Assembly: GCA_019747905.1 (NCBI GenBank)
Contig: JAIEQG010000014.1
Coordinates: forward strand, 15,434 to 79,433
Direction: 5' to 3'
Length of the DNA: 64,000 nt
From: Burkholderiales bacterium
Lineage (GTDB): Bacteria; Pseudomonadota; Gammaproteobacteria; Burkholderiales; Ga0077523
The stretch's first letter is position 1; each line of letters starts with the position of its first letter. Both the position numbers and the translations under genes were made by a program. Below the pieces are notes generated by a model. The model did not search any database and was not told the DNA's origin. It saw nothing but the letters and a program-made list of their open reading frames with translations. Shown here piece by piece: positions 49,464 through 58,880 of this stretch.

Positions 49464-49592
49464 CTCCCCCCCCGACAGGCCTGCGGCCTATCCCCCCAGG
49501 GGGCCAGCCCGCTTGGGGCGGCCCGGCGCGGGCTGTGATGTTCCCCCCCGACAGGCCTCGCGGCCTCTCCCCCCGAGGGAGCCTGCCCGCTA
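49464..49592. repeat. Direct repeat of a ~50-bp C-tract/hairpin unit (repeat family C)
   Basis: Copy 1 (49464-49513) is ctcccccccgacaggcctgcggcctatccccccagggggccagcccgct. Copy 2 (49541-49592) is ttcccccccgacaggcctcgcggcctctccccccgagggagcctgcccgct. Confidence 0.65.
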
Positions 49593-49641
49593 CTGGGCTG
49601 AGGTGAAGGCCGCGCATTGCCGCCCGAGACAGCAGGACACC

Positions 49642-51210
49642 ATGACGATCGATTTTTCGCGCTTTCCCCAGTTCATCGAAGCCGCCAGCGCGCTGCGCGG
49701 CGGCTTGGATCCGTCACGCCGCGACCTCTGGCATCAGCGGCTCGCCTGGAGTTTCTCGGATGTCCAGGCGGTGGAGATGGCGATCGCGTCCGCCGATCCG
49801 ATCACGGCGCCGGTCGTACCGTCTCAGTTCAATCCCCTGCCTGCGGAGCGGTCGAGCCGAGGCGAATCGCAGGGCGTCGCCGAGTTGGCGCATCGCGTCC
49901 GTTCCGGAGCGACGCGCGCGGTCGACGTCGCGCAGGCGAGCCTCGATGCGGCTCGAGCGTGGCGCCATCTGAACGCGTTCACCGCGCTCGACGAGGAGGA
50001 CGTCATGCGCCAGGCGGAAGCGGTCGACGCCCGCGTGCGCGAACGCGTCGATCCGGGCGCGCTCGCCGGCGTGCCGGTGGCGGTCAAGGACTTGATGCCG
50101 GTGCGCGGCTATCGAATGAGTGCGGGGACTCGCGCCTTCGATCCGATCCCTGCGGAGCACGACGCGGCGGTGGTCGCCCGGCTGCGTGCGCGTGGCGCCA
50201 TCATCTTCGGGCTGGCGAACCTGCACGAACTGGCCTATGGAGTCACCAGTGCGAACCCGCATTTCGGTACGGTGGGCAATCCGAGATTTCCGGGCCATGT
50301 GCCGGGGGGATCGAGCGGTGGGTCCGCCGCCATCGTCGCCGCCGGCATCGCGCCGCTCGCGATCGGCACCGACACCGGCGGGTCGATCCGCATCCCGGCA
50401 GCCTGCTGCGGCATCGTGGGCTTCAAGCCGGGGTACGGCGTGGTCGACAAGAGCGGTGTCTATCCGCTCGCCTGGTCCCTCGACCACGTCGGGCCCATCG
50501 CCGGGAGCGTGGCGGATGCCGCTATGCTGTTCGAGGCACTCGCTGGCTCGAAGGACGGTGCCGCGGGCGACGTGCCGACGCTGACCCCGTCGTTCGTCCG
50601 CATGCGCGGTTACTTCGACGAAGATGTCGAGCCGGCGGTGGCGAGCCGCATGGATGCCGTCGCCGGCGCGCTGCGCGCGGCCGGTGCCGCCGTGCGCGAC
50701 GTGGAGGTGCCCGAAATGGCTCTTGCGCCGGGCGCCCAGTTCATCACCATGTCCGCCGAGGCCGCCCAGGCCAATTGGCATCTGCTGGAGGGCACGGGCG
50801 ATCGCTTGGGTGACGACGTGCGTCTGCGCCTCGAGATCGGCCAGTTCTTTCTCGCCATCGAATACGTCAAGGCCCAGCGTATCCGACGCGAAGTCCGCGA
50901 CGCGGTGCTCCGTGCGCTAGGCGACAGCGATGTACTGATCACGCCGATGCTGGCGTGCGCGCCGCCACGGGTCGGGCAGTCCATGCTCACGGTCGGCGGC
51001 CGGACCTTGCCGGCTGCGGGCATGATGACCCGCTTCAGTTCGCCGTTCAACATGACGGGGTTGCCGGCGCTGGCGCTGCCCTGCGGCTTCGATGCTGCGG
51101 GCCTGCCGATCAGCCTGCAACTGGTGGGCCGGCCGGGTGCGGACGCGCAAGTGCTCGCCACCGGCTGTTGGGTCGAAAGACTGCTCGACTACCGCCTCGA
51201 CAGGACATGA
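49642..51210 (+). CDS. Amidase (amidase-signature family)
   Basis: AS motif GGSSGGSAAIVAAG ... GTDTGGSIRIPAA, with an upstream KD (VAVKDLM). The ATG at 49642 lies within ORF 49513..51210. Confidence 0.85.
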   Translation: MTIDFSRFPQFIEAASALRGGLDPSRRDLWHQRLAWSFSDVQAVEMAIASADPITAPVVPSQFNPLPAERSSRGESQGVAELAHRVRSGATRAVDVAQASLDAARAWRHLNAFTALDEEDVMRQAEAVDARVRERVDPGALAGVPVAVKDLMPVRGYRMSAGTRAFDPIPAEHDAAVVARLRARGAIIFGLANLHELAYGVTSANPHFGTVGNPRFPGHVPGGSSGGSAAIVAAGIAPLAIGTDTGGSIRIPAACCGIVGFKPGYGVVDKSGVYPLAWSLDHVGPIAGSVADAAMLFEALAGSKDGAAGDVPTLTPSFVRMRGYFDEDVEPAVASRMDAVAGALRAAGAAVRDVEVPEMALAPGAQFITMSAEAAQANWHLLEGTGDRLGDDVRLRLEIGQFFLAIEYVKAQRIRREVRDAVLRALGDSDVLITPMLACAPPRVGQSMLTVGGRTLPAAGMMTRFSSPFNMTGLPALALPCGFDAAGLPISLQLVGRPGADAQVLATGCWVERLLDYRLDRT

Positions 51211-52019
51211 GCAGCGCGACCGGGACCGACGCGGTGCTGCAGCAGTTCGGCGGCGAAGTGGCGGCGCGCCGCGTCGAAGCGTTGTATCTCACGCCCGATA
51301 TCGCGCATCAGCGTGAAGCGACCCTGGCCCAGTTGGCATTGCGCTCCGGGGAGCGTGTGCTCGATGTCGGCTGCGGCCCCGGCTTGCTCGCGGAAGGCGC
51401 GGCCGCAGCCGTCGGCGCGGCCGGCAAGGTCTGCGGCGTCGACCTGTCGGCGACGATGGTGGAACTGGCGCGGCGACGGTGTGCCCACCTGCCCTGGGTC
51501 GAGTTCGAGGTCGCAGATGCGGTTGCGCTGCCGGGACCCGCGGAGCGATTCGATGCGGTCACCTGCACCCAGGTGCTCGAATACGTGCCCGACGTCGATC
51601 GGGCACTCGACGAGTTGCGGCGGGTACTCCGTCCCGGCGGCCGTCTCGCCCTGGTGGACACCGACTGGGAATCTTGCGTGTGGGCGAGCGCCGACAGCAG
51701 CCGGATGCGCAGGATGCTCGCCGCTTGGGACAGCCATTGCGCCCATCCGCAGTTGCCGCGGGTACTTGGCCCGATGCTTGCGCGTCATGGTTTTCGGGTC
51801 GAGAAAGTGACAGGCGTAGCGATCGTCAACGCGATGGACGCCTCGAATACCTATAGCGAGGGGATGATGGCGATGATTGCGGAGCATGCCGTGCGTCGGG
51901 AAAGTGTCGAAGAATTTGACGCTCGTGCCTGGCTGGACGATCTCCGCGAGCGGATCAGCCGGAACGAAGCCTTCTTCAGCCTCGACCGTCACGTGTTCCT
52001 CGCCACCCGCCTGCCATGA
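51207..52019 (+). CDS. Class I SAM-dependent methyltransferase
   Basis: Motif I VLDVGCGPGLL, post-I CGVDLS, and motif II-like FDAVTCTQVLEY. ATGA overlap with the amidase stop. Confidence 0.8.
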   Translation: MSSATGTDAVLQQFGGEVAARRVEALYLTPDIAHQREATLAQLALRSGERVLDVGCGPGLLAEGAAAAVGAAGKVCGVDLSATMVELARRRCAHLPWVEFEVADAVALPGPAERFDAVTCTQVLEYVPDVDRALDELRRVLRPGGRLALVDTDWESCVWASADSSRMRRMLAAWDSHCAHPQLPRVLGPMLARHGFRVEKVTGVAIVNAMDASNTYSEGMMAMIAEHAVRRESVEEFDARAWLDDLRERISRNEAFFSLDRHVFLATRLP

Positions 52020-52067
52020 CGCCGTCGTTCACTTCGCCCCTGGAACCCGGTAGCCTAGCGTGCATGT

Positions 52068-52472
52068 TTGCGCCCGCTTCGCATTTGCATCACGGAGCCG
52101 CCCTTGATTGAACCGAAAGTGTGGCTCGGCGAGGACGGCATCGTCCGCGTGGACTTCGGCGGCACCGGTGTGGTGACTCTCGAGCTCGTCAAGGCGGAAC
52201 TCGCGGCGCGCAAGCGCATCGGGTCGACCCCGCAGGTGACGCTCGTGCATCTGCCGGGCGTGTGGCGGGTGGATGTGCAGGCTGCGGCCTTCATCTCGAG
52301 CCTCGAGATGGTGTCGATGACCCGTGCCTCGGGCATGGTGACGGAATCCAGCCTCGGCAATCTCGCGGTGCGCGTGTTCGATCTCTACCATCGGCCGCCG
52401 TTTCCGTGGCGGGTGTTCGCGAACGAACCCGACGCGGCCGAGTGGTTGCAGCAGTTCGTGGGGCATCACTAG
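52068..52472 (+). CDS. Hypothetical protein (STAS/SpoIIAA-like fold suspected)
   Basis: The plus-strand frame has a protein-like composition, whereas the antisense ORF 52029..52469 is Arg/His-rich. The start may be the TTG at 52104, preceded by GGAG. Confidence 0.45.
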   Translation: MRPLRICITEPPLIEPKVWLGEDGIVRVDFGGTGVVTLELVKAELAARKRIGSTPQVTLVHLPGVWRVDVQAAAFISSLEMVSMTRASGMVTESSLGNLAVRVFDLYHRPPFPWRVFANEPDAAEWLQQFVGHH

Positions 52473-52580
52473 CCCCCACGCCGGCGCGCGAGGGAGGCGG
52501 TAGACTGCGACGATCGGTGCGGCCGATCGTCGAGGATCGGAAGATCGCTATCATGGCGCCTTCTCCGAGGGAGGCGTGAG

Positions 52581-53333
52581 ATGAGCTTGTCGTTTCGCAG
52601 GAAGTTGAAGGAAGGCCGGCCGCTGGTGGGCGCGCTGCTGCAGATCCCCCTGCCCGAAGTGGCGGAGTGCTTCGTGCAGGCGGGTTACGAGTGGCTGTTC
52701 CTGGATCTCGAACATTCGCCGATGGATGCCCGTGACGCGCTCACGTTGCTGACCGCGGTGGACAGCCGCGTACCGTGCGTCGTGCGCGTGCCATGGAACG
52801 ACGAGGCCTACATCAAGAAGGCGCTGGACATCGGTGCCACCGGCATCATCGTGCCGCTGGTGAACACCGCGGAAGACGCGAAGCGTGCCGTCGACCGTTG
52901 CAAGTATCCGCCCATGGGTGTCCGCAGCGTCGGCATCACGCGCGCGCAGCGCTTCGATCTCGATTTCGACTCGTACATGCAGCGCGCCAACGAAGAGATC
53001 GCGGTGATCGTGCAGATCGAGCACGTCGAAGCGGCGCGCAACATCGACGCGATCCTCGACGTACCTGGTATCGATGGCGTGTTCGTCGGGCCGTTCGACC
53101 TTTCGGGGAGCATGAACAAACCCGGGCGCATCAACGACCCGGAAGTGCAGCAGGCGATCCAGCAGATCATCCGTGCGTGCGAGAAGCGCGACATCGCCCG
53201 CTGCATCTACGCGCATACGCCGAGCCACGCGAAGACCTACATGGATCAAGGCTACCGCGTGATCGGGCTGTGCACCGACTACATCCTGCTGGCCCGTGCA
53301 GCGGCGGCAGCGCTGAAGGAAGTGCGGGGGTAG
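52581..53333 (+). CDS. HpcH/HpaI-family aldolase
   Basis: WLFLDLEHSP, VVRVPWN, GATGIIVPLVNTAEDA, YPPMGVRS, VQIEHVEA, GIDGVFVGPFDLS. Confidence 0.85.
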   Translation: MSLSFRRKLKEGRPLVGALLQIPLPEVAECFVQAGYEWLFLDLEHSPMDARDALTLLTAVDSRVPCVVRVPWNDEAYIKKALDIGATGIIVPLVNTAEDAKRAVDRCKYPPMGVRSVGITRAQRFDLDFDSYMQRANEEIAVIVQIEHVEAARNIDAILDVPGIDGVFVGPFDLSGSMNKPGRINDPEVQQAIQQIIRACEKRDIARCIYAHTPSHAKTYMDQGYRVIGLCTDYILLARAAAAALKEVRG

Positions 53334-53342
53334 CGGGGAGCC

Positions 53343-53480
53343 GCTGCCCATGCCCCGCCTTCCCCCAACGTTGTTGGGCGCTTTGCTGCCCCCATCCCCC
53401 GCCTTCCCCCAACGTTGTTGGGGGAAGGAGCTACGGCTCCCTCCCCCGGCTTAGCCGGGGGAGGGTTGGGGAGGGGGCCG
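53343..53480. repeat. Structured G/C-tract repeat element (family B), copy 2, inverted relative to copy 1, with a partial tandem duplication
   Basis: Hairpins ccttcccccaac-gtt-gttgggggaagg (53402-53428) and ccctcccccggc-tta-gccgggggaggg (53439-53465). The reverse complement is colinear with 31598-31690, including the shared end gggatgggggcagc. Direct repeat at 53343-53378 and 53385-53422. Confidence 0.75.
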
Positions 53481-53534
53481 GCGTTCGACGCAACCGCAGA
53501 ACTGTGCGGACCGCTGCCGTACAGAGCAGGCGCC

Positions 53535-54317
53535 CTACGCCCGGAACCCGATCTCCACGCTGCCCACGCCCTCGACCGTGAACCGGTACTGTTCCCCGGC
53601 CTTGGGGAACCGGGTCGTCACCAGGCTGCCGGTGGAAACGATCTCGCCCGCATGCAGCGTTGCACCACGTGCGGAGAGATGGTTCGCGAGCCAGCGCAGC
53701 GGCTCGAACGGGTGTCCCAGCACGTCGCGGCCGTGTCCCTGGTCGATCACCGCGCCGTTCAACTCGACCACGCCGCGGGCGGCGGCGAGATCGGGCCACG
53801 TCGAAACGTACTCGCCCTGCACGATGCCTTCGTTCCACGCGTTGTCGGCCACGAGCGAGAGCATGTCGAGCGGATAGGGTGAGTTGCGATCGTCGATCAC
53901 CTCGAAAGCGGGGCAGACGGCGCCCACGGCGGCGGCCACGTCGTCGAGAGTCCAGGGATTCGGTCGCGGGGCGAGCGATCGTCCCAGGCGCACGCAGATC
54001 TCGAACTCGATGCCGAGCCGCTTCAAGCTCGACAGCCGCCATTGCGCGCCGCTCTTCGCCAGTCGATCGGCGAGCACCACACCGGGCACCGGGTGGTCGA
54101 TGCTGCACATCTGCTGCATGCGCAGCGACGTGAGCCCGATCTTGTAGCCGACCGGCGGGCCCTTCAAGGGCCGCAGGCGTTCGACGAAGGCCGCCTGTAT
54201 CGCATAAGCGCCCTCGAGATCCACTGCTCCATGATCGCGGGCGAACGGAACGAGGTCGCGCAGGTGCGCGTGATCGTCGACGAGGGTGGCGGCGGTACGG
54301 GCCGGGTCGAGAGGCAT
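53535..54317 (-). CDS. 2-keto-4-pentenoate hydratase family protein (MhpD/HpcG-like)
   Basis: 260 aa. GYKIGLTS, EFEICVRLG and GEIVSTGS are typical of the hydratase/decarboxylase family. Confidence 0.75.
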   Translation of the reverse strand: MPLDPARTAATLVDDHAHLRDLVPFARDHGAVDLEGAYAIQAAFVERLRPLKGPPVGYKIGLTSLRMQQMCSIDHPVPGVVLADRLAKSGAQWRLSSLKRLGIEFEICVRLGRSLAPRPNPWTLDDVAAAVGAVCPAFEVIDDRNSPYPLDMLSLVADNAWNEGIVQGEYVSTWPDLAAARGVVELNGAVIDQGHGRDVLGHPFEPLRWLANHLSARGATLHAGEIVSTGSLVTTRFPKAGEQYRFTVEGVGSVEIGFRA

Positions 54318-54384
54318 GATGCGGTTCCGGGGGGCGTGATCCCGGCATGATAGCGGGCATCATGTATTCTCCGGGCCGTCTCCC

Positions 54385-55983
54385 ATGTCCCCGATCCTGC
54401 AGCGCCTCGGCGCGAAGATGGCCTGGTTCGCCTGCGTCTGCGTGGTGCTGCTCGCGAGCTGTGCCACCTTGCCGCCGCCGGGTGAGGAGGCGCGCTCCAC
54501 GGCGCTCGATCCCACGGCCATGACGCGCCTTGCCCGCACCCTGGCATCGGATCTCGAGCAGCACCCGGGCAAGTCCGGGTTGCTGCTGCTCGATTCCGGA
54601 CTGGACGCTTTCATCGCCCGCGCACTGGCGGCCGATCTCGCGGAACGTACCCTCGACCTTCAGTACTACCTGGTGCACGACGGGCTCACGACGCGTGTGC
54701 TGCTCGCGCGGATCCTCGCGGCGGCCGATCGCGGCGTGCGCGTGCGGCTGCTGATCGACGACCTGTACACCGCCGGCAAGGACGCCAACATCGCGGTGCT
54801 GGACGGTCACCCCAACATCGAGATCCGCGTCTTCAATCCGTTCGCCGCGCGCAGCTGGCAGCTCGGACGCATGTTCGCGTTCCTGACCGACGGCGATCGG
54901 CTGAATCACCGGATGCACAACAAGATGTTCGTCGCCGACAACCAGCTCGCGGTGGTCGGCGGACGCAATCTGGGCGACGAATACTACTGGGCCTCCGGCG
55001 GCACCAACTTCGCCGACATGGACCTGCTGGCGGTGGGCCCGGTGGTCCCCAACGTCTCGGCCAGCTTCGACGAGTACTGGAACAGCCCGTGGGCCTACCG
55101 CATCCGCCGCCTGTTCACCGGCCACACCGACGGCGGTTCGCTCGATCGCCTGCGCAAGCAGCTCGCTCAGGAACTGCAGGCGGCGGCGGAGTCGGAGTAC
55201 GCCCAACGGCTGAGGCAGGCGGACCTGGTGCGCTATCTCGGCAAGGGCGAACTGCCGATGGTGTGGGCCGATGCGCGGGTGGTCTACGACAAGCCGCGCA
55301 AGGTGGCGACCAAGGGCCAGCAACCCGATCCGACCGTGCACATCGGGCCTCTGGTGCGCCCGGTGGTGGATGCGGCGCGAACCGACCTCGTGATCGTGTC
55401 GCCCTATTTCATTCCCGGTGACGCCGGCGTCGAGTATCTGAAAGGGCTTCGTGCGCGCGGTGTGCGGGTGCGCGTCCTCACCAACTCGCTCGCTTCGAAC
55501 GACGTCGCGGCGGTCCACGTCGGCTACGCGCGCTACCGCGAAGCGCTGCTGCGTGCGGGTGTCGAATTGCACGAGATGCGTCCTGCGCTGGTCGGTCGCA
55601 ACAACGCGCCTGACAGCAAGCTCATGGTGGGGTCGTCTTCGGCCAGCCTCCACACCAAGGCGTTCGTGGTGGACGGTGTGCAGGTGTTCGTCGGCTCGAT
55701 GAATCTCGATCCGCGTTCCGCCTACCTCAACACAGAGCTGGGCATCCTTGTGGACAGCGCCGAGCTCGCGCGCCAGTTGCTCGCCGTGGTCGGTCAGCAG
55801 CTGCTGCCGCGCAACAGCTTCCAGGTGAAGCTGGCCGGGCCGGAGGGCGGACGCCAGCACCTCGTGTGGATCGGCGAGGAGAGAGGCCAGCCGGTCGAAC
55901 TCACCGCCGAACCGAAAGCGAGCTGGTGGCGGCGGACCTCAACCCGGTTGATGGGATGGTTCGTTCCCGAAAGCATGTTGTAG
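54385..55983 (+). CDS. Phospholipase D family lipoprotein (two HKD motifs)
   Basis: Lipobox LLASC. HKD motifs HRMHNKMFVADN ... GGRNLGDEY and SLHTKAFVVDG ... GSMNLDPRS. Confidence 0.85.
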   Translation: MSPILQRLGAKMAWFACVCVVLLASCATLPPPGEEARSTALDPTAMTRLARTLASDLEQHPGKSGLLLLDSGLDAFIARALAADLAERTLDLQYYLVHDGLTTRVLLARILAAADRGVRVRLLIDDLYTAGKDANIAVLDGHPNIEIRVFNPFAARSWQLGRMFAFLTDGDRLNHRMHNKMFVADNQLAVVGGRNLGDEYYWASGGTNFADMDLLAVGPVVPNVSASFDEYWNSPWAYRIRRLFTGHTDGGSLDRLRKQLAQELQAAAESEYAQRLRQADLVRYLGKGELPMVWADARVVYDKPRKVATKGQQPDPTVHIGPLVRPVVDAARTDLVIVSPYFIPGDAGVEYLKGLRARGVRVRVLTNSLASNDVAAVHVGYARYREALLRAGVELHEMRPALVGRNNAPDSKLMVGSSSASLHTKAFVVDGVQVFVGSMNLDPRSAYLNTELGILVDSAELARQLLAVVGQQLLPRNSFQVKLAGPEGGRQHLVWIGEERGQPVELTAEPKASWWRRTSTRLMGWFVPESML

Positions 55984-55990
55984 GCGCGCG

Positions 55991-56875
55991 GTGCCCGAAC
56001 TGCCTGATGTGACCGTCTACACCGAGCGCATCGGCGCGCTGACGGCCGGTGCCGTGCTGCAACGCGTGCGCATCGTGAACCCGTTCGTGCTGCGTACTGC
56101 GGTGCCACCGATCGCGTTGCTCGACGGTCGTCGGCTCGAGAGCGTGCATCGCCTCGGCAAACGCATCGTGCTCGATTTCGCAGGCGGTCTGCACCTCGTG
56201 CTGCATCTCATGCGCGCGGGGCGGTTGCGCTGGGTCGCACCGGGGGCGAAGCTGCCGGGCAAGATGGCACTCGCGGCGCTCGATTTCACGGCGGGGTCGC
56301 TGGTGTTCACCGAAGCAGGGACGAAGCGTCGAGCTTCCATGCATCTCGTGGAAGGCGACGCGGCGCTGGCCGCCTTCGACGCCGGCGGGCTCGAAGTGCT
56401 CGACGCGGATCTCGCAACGTTCGCCGCACGTCTGCGCTCCGAGAACCACACGTTGAAGCGCTCGCTCACCGCGCCGCACCTGATGAGCGGCATCGGCGGC
56501 GCCTATTCGGACGAGATCCTGCATCGGGCGCGCCTGTCGCCGATCGCCCATTCGAAGGATCTCGACGACGTCGAGGTCGAACGTCTGTACCACGCCGCGC
56601 GCGATGTACTGACGGAATGGACCGAACGCCTGCGCGCGGAAGCCGGCAGCGGTTTTCCGGAGAAGGTCACCTCTTTCCGGGACGGCATGGCAGTGCATGG
56701 CCGGTTCGGTCAGCCGTGTCCAGTGTGCGGCACGCCGGTCCAACGCATCGTGTACGCCGACACCGAGACCAACTACTGTCCGCGCTGCCAGACCGGTGGC
56801 AAAGTGCTGGCCGATCGTGCGTTGTCGCGGCTGCTCAAGTCGAGCTGGCCACGGAGCGTCGACGAGCTCGAATGA
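55991..56875 (+). CDS. Fpg/Nei-family DNA glycosylase / AP lyase
   Basis: N-terminal (M)PELPDV, an H2TH region, and a C-terminal zinc finger CPVCGTPVQRIVYADTETNYCPRCQ. Confidence 0.85.
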   Translation: MPELPDVTVYTERIGALTAGAVLQRVRIVNPFVLRTAVPPIALLDGRRLESVHRLGKRIVLDFAGGLHLVLHLMRAGRLRWVAPGAKLPGKMALAALDFTAGSLVFTEAGTKRRASMHLVEGDAALAAFDAGGLEVLDADLATFAARLRSENHTLKRSLTAPHLMSGIGGAYSDEILHRARLSPIAHSKDLDDVEVERLYHAARDVLTEWTERLRAEAGSGFPEKVTSFRDGMAVHGRFGQPCPVCGTPVQRIVYADTETNYCPRCQTGGKVLADRALSRLLKSSWPRSVDELE

Positions 56876-58818
56876 TCGACTGGATCGACGGTCAGCCGTA
56901 CTCGCCGCAGTTCGGCGACGTCTACTTCTCGCGGGCGAGCGGCATCGACGAGACGCTGCACGTGTTCATCGAAGGCAATCGCCTCGCCGAGCGCTTTGCG
57001 GCACTGGCACCCGGCGCGACCTTCGTCATCGGCGAGACCGGTTTCGGAACCGGGCTCAACTTCCTGTGCGCCTGGCAGGTCTTCGAAGAGCAGGCGCACC
57101 CCGAGGCCCGGTTGCACTTCGTGAGCACCGAGATACTGCCGTTGCCGGCCGGGGACCTCGCTCGCGCGCTGGCGCTGTGGCCGCAGTTGAGTACGCTCGC
57201 GCGGCACGTCCTGGACCAATGGGACGAACTGCCGTGCGGCTGGCAACGGTTCGTCTTCGATGGCGGCCGAATCACGCTGACACTGCTGGTCGGCGACGCG
57301 CGCGCCACCTTGCCGCAGGTGGACGGCCTGATCGATGCGTGGTTCCTCGACGGTTTCGCCCCATCCAAGAATCCCGAGCTGTGGACGCCCGAGCTCATGC
57401 TGGCCATCTCGGCACGCTCTCGCACCGGAACGACCTGCGCGACGTATTCGAGTGCAGGGGAGGTGCGCCGGGCGTTGCAGGCAGCCGGCTTCCGCATCGA
57501 AAAAGCGGCCGGCTTCGGTCCGAAGCGCGAGATGCTGCGCGGCGTTTGCGAACGGCCGGCATCGCCGTCGTATCGGGCGCCGTGGTTGTGCCGGCCACCC
57601 ACGGCGTCGCCGCGCGATGCCATCGTGATCGGTGCCGGCCTTGCCGGCACGGCGGCGGCCGCGAGCCTGGCGGCACGCGGCGTGGATGTCTGCCTGATCG
57701 AGCGCCACGCGGAGCTGGCGCCGGAGGCGTCGGGCAACGCACAAGGCGTGCTCTACGCGAAATTCTCCCCTCACGACACGGCGCTCACGCGCCTGCTCGT
57801 GGCCGGCATGCAGTTCTCGGTGCGTGAAATCGCCCGCCGCCTCACCGAAGACGGGCGGGAATGGTCGCGCTGCGGCGTACTGCAGCTCGCGCACGATGCC
57901 GCCGAGAGCCGGCGCCAGGGTGAACTCGCGCCACAGGGGTGGCCGCCGACGTTCCTGCGACTCGTGGATCGCGCGGAGGCGAGCCGCATCGCCGGCGTCG
58001 CGGTGGAAACCGGTGGGCTGTTTCTCGAACGCGCGGGCTGGGTTCATCCCCCTTCGCTGTGTGCCGCCTTCACGCGTCACCCGCGTATTCGCGTGCAAGT
58101 GCGGCGCGAAGCATTGCAGATCGATCGGTTGCCGTCGGGGCGCTGGCGCGTGTCGGGTGCCGGTGGCTGGAATGAGGAAGCGGCACTGGTGGTCATCGCG
58201 GCGGCCGCAGATGCCAGGGCGTTCGCGGCTGCGGCGCACCTACCCACGCATGTGATCCGCGGACAGATCACATACCTCACTCGCAACGAGACGAGCGGCC
58301 GGCTCGCGACAGTGCTGTGCGGCGAAGGCTATGTGGCGCCGGCGCGCGACGGGGTGCATTGCGTTGGTGCGACGTTCGGCATCCGTGACACGGGTGTCGA
58401 CCTGCGGGCCGAGGACCATCGCGAGAACCTCGACCTGCTGCGCGGCTTGTCACCGGCACTGGCGGCAGCATTCCCCGATGAAGAGCGCCACGCCGGCCGG
58501 GCCGCGCTGCGCTGCATGGCGCCGGACTACCTGCCGATCGCCGGACCATTGACCGACGCTGGTGCGTTCGCGGCGCGGTACGCTCGCCTGAGCAAGGATG
58601 CGACCACGCGCTTCGACGGCACCGCACCGTGGCTCGACGGGCTGTTCGTTTCGGTGGCTCATGGATCGCGCGGCCTGTCGACCGCGCCGATCGCCGGCGA
58701 GCTGATCGCGGCACAGGCGCTGGGCGAGCCACTGCCGGTTGCGCAGAGCGTGGCGGAGGCGCTGTCGCCATCCCGTTTCCTGGCGCGCGGACTCAAGCGC
58801 GCGACGCGGCGCGGCTGA
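56872..58818 (+). CDS. mnmC: Bifunctional tRNA (mnm5s2U34) methyltransferase / FAD-dependent cmnm5s2U34 oxidoreductase
   Basis: N-terminus WIDGQPYSPQFGDVYFS ... IGETGFGTGLNFL ... DAWFLDGFAP, plus a C-terminal DAO domain with VIGAGLAGTAAA. ATGA overlap with the fpg-like stop. Confidence 0.85.
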   Translation: MIDWIDGQPYSPQFGDVYFSRASGIDETLHVFIEGNRLAERFAALAPGATFVIGETGFGTGLNFLCAWQVFEEQAHPEARLHFVSTEILPLPAGDLARALALWPQLSTLARHVLDQWDELPCGWQRFVFDGGRITLTLLVGDARATLPQVDGLIDAWFLDGFAPSKNPELWTPELMLAISARSRTGTTCATYSSAGEVRRALQAAGFRIEKAAGFGPKREMLRGVCERPASPSYRAPWLCRPPTASPRDAIVIGAGLAGTAAAASLAARGVDVCLIERHAELAPEASGNAQGVLYAKFSPHDTALTRLLVAGMQFSVREIARRLTEDGREWSRCGVLQLAHDAAESRRQGELAPQGWPPTFLRLVDRAEASRIAGVAVETGGLFLERAGWVHPPSLCAAFTRHPRIRVQVRREALQIDRLPSGRWRVSGAGGWNEEAALVVIAAAADARAFAAAAHLPTHVIRGQITYLTRNETSGRLATVLCGEGYVAPARDGVHCVGATFGIRDTGVDLRAEDHRENLDLLRGLSPALAAAFPDEERHAGRAALRCMAPDYLPIAGPLTDAGAFAARYARLSKDATTRFDGTAPWLDGLFVSVAHGSRGLSTAPIAGELIAAQALGEPLPVAQSVAEALSPSRFLARGLKRATRRG

Positions 58819-58880
58819 CGTATGGCATCCTCGCCGGAATACGGTGAGATCACGATCGATTCACGAACCTGGAGCACGGC

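Noticed and set aside
52029-52469. 146-aa minus-strand ORF as an alternative to the plus-strand 52068..52472 hypothetical gene.
   Set aside because: The minus-strand product is dominated by Arg/His/Glu and lacks hydrophobic core periodicity. The plus-strand product has balanced composition and an alpha/beta-like pattern, so only the plus-strand ORF is reported, at modest confidence.
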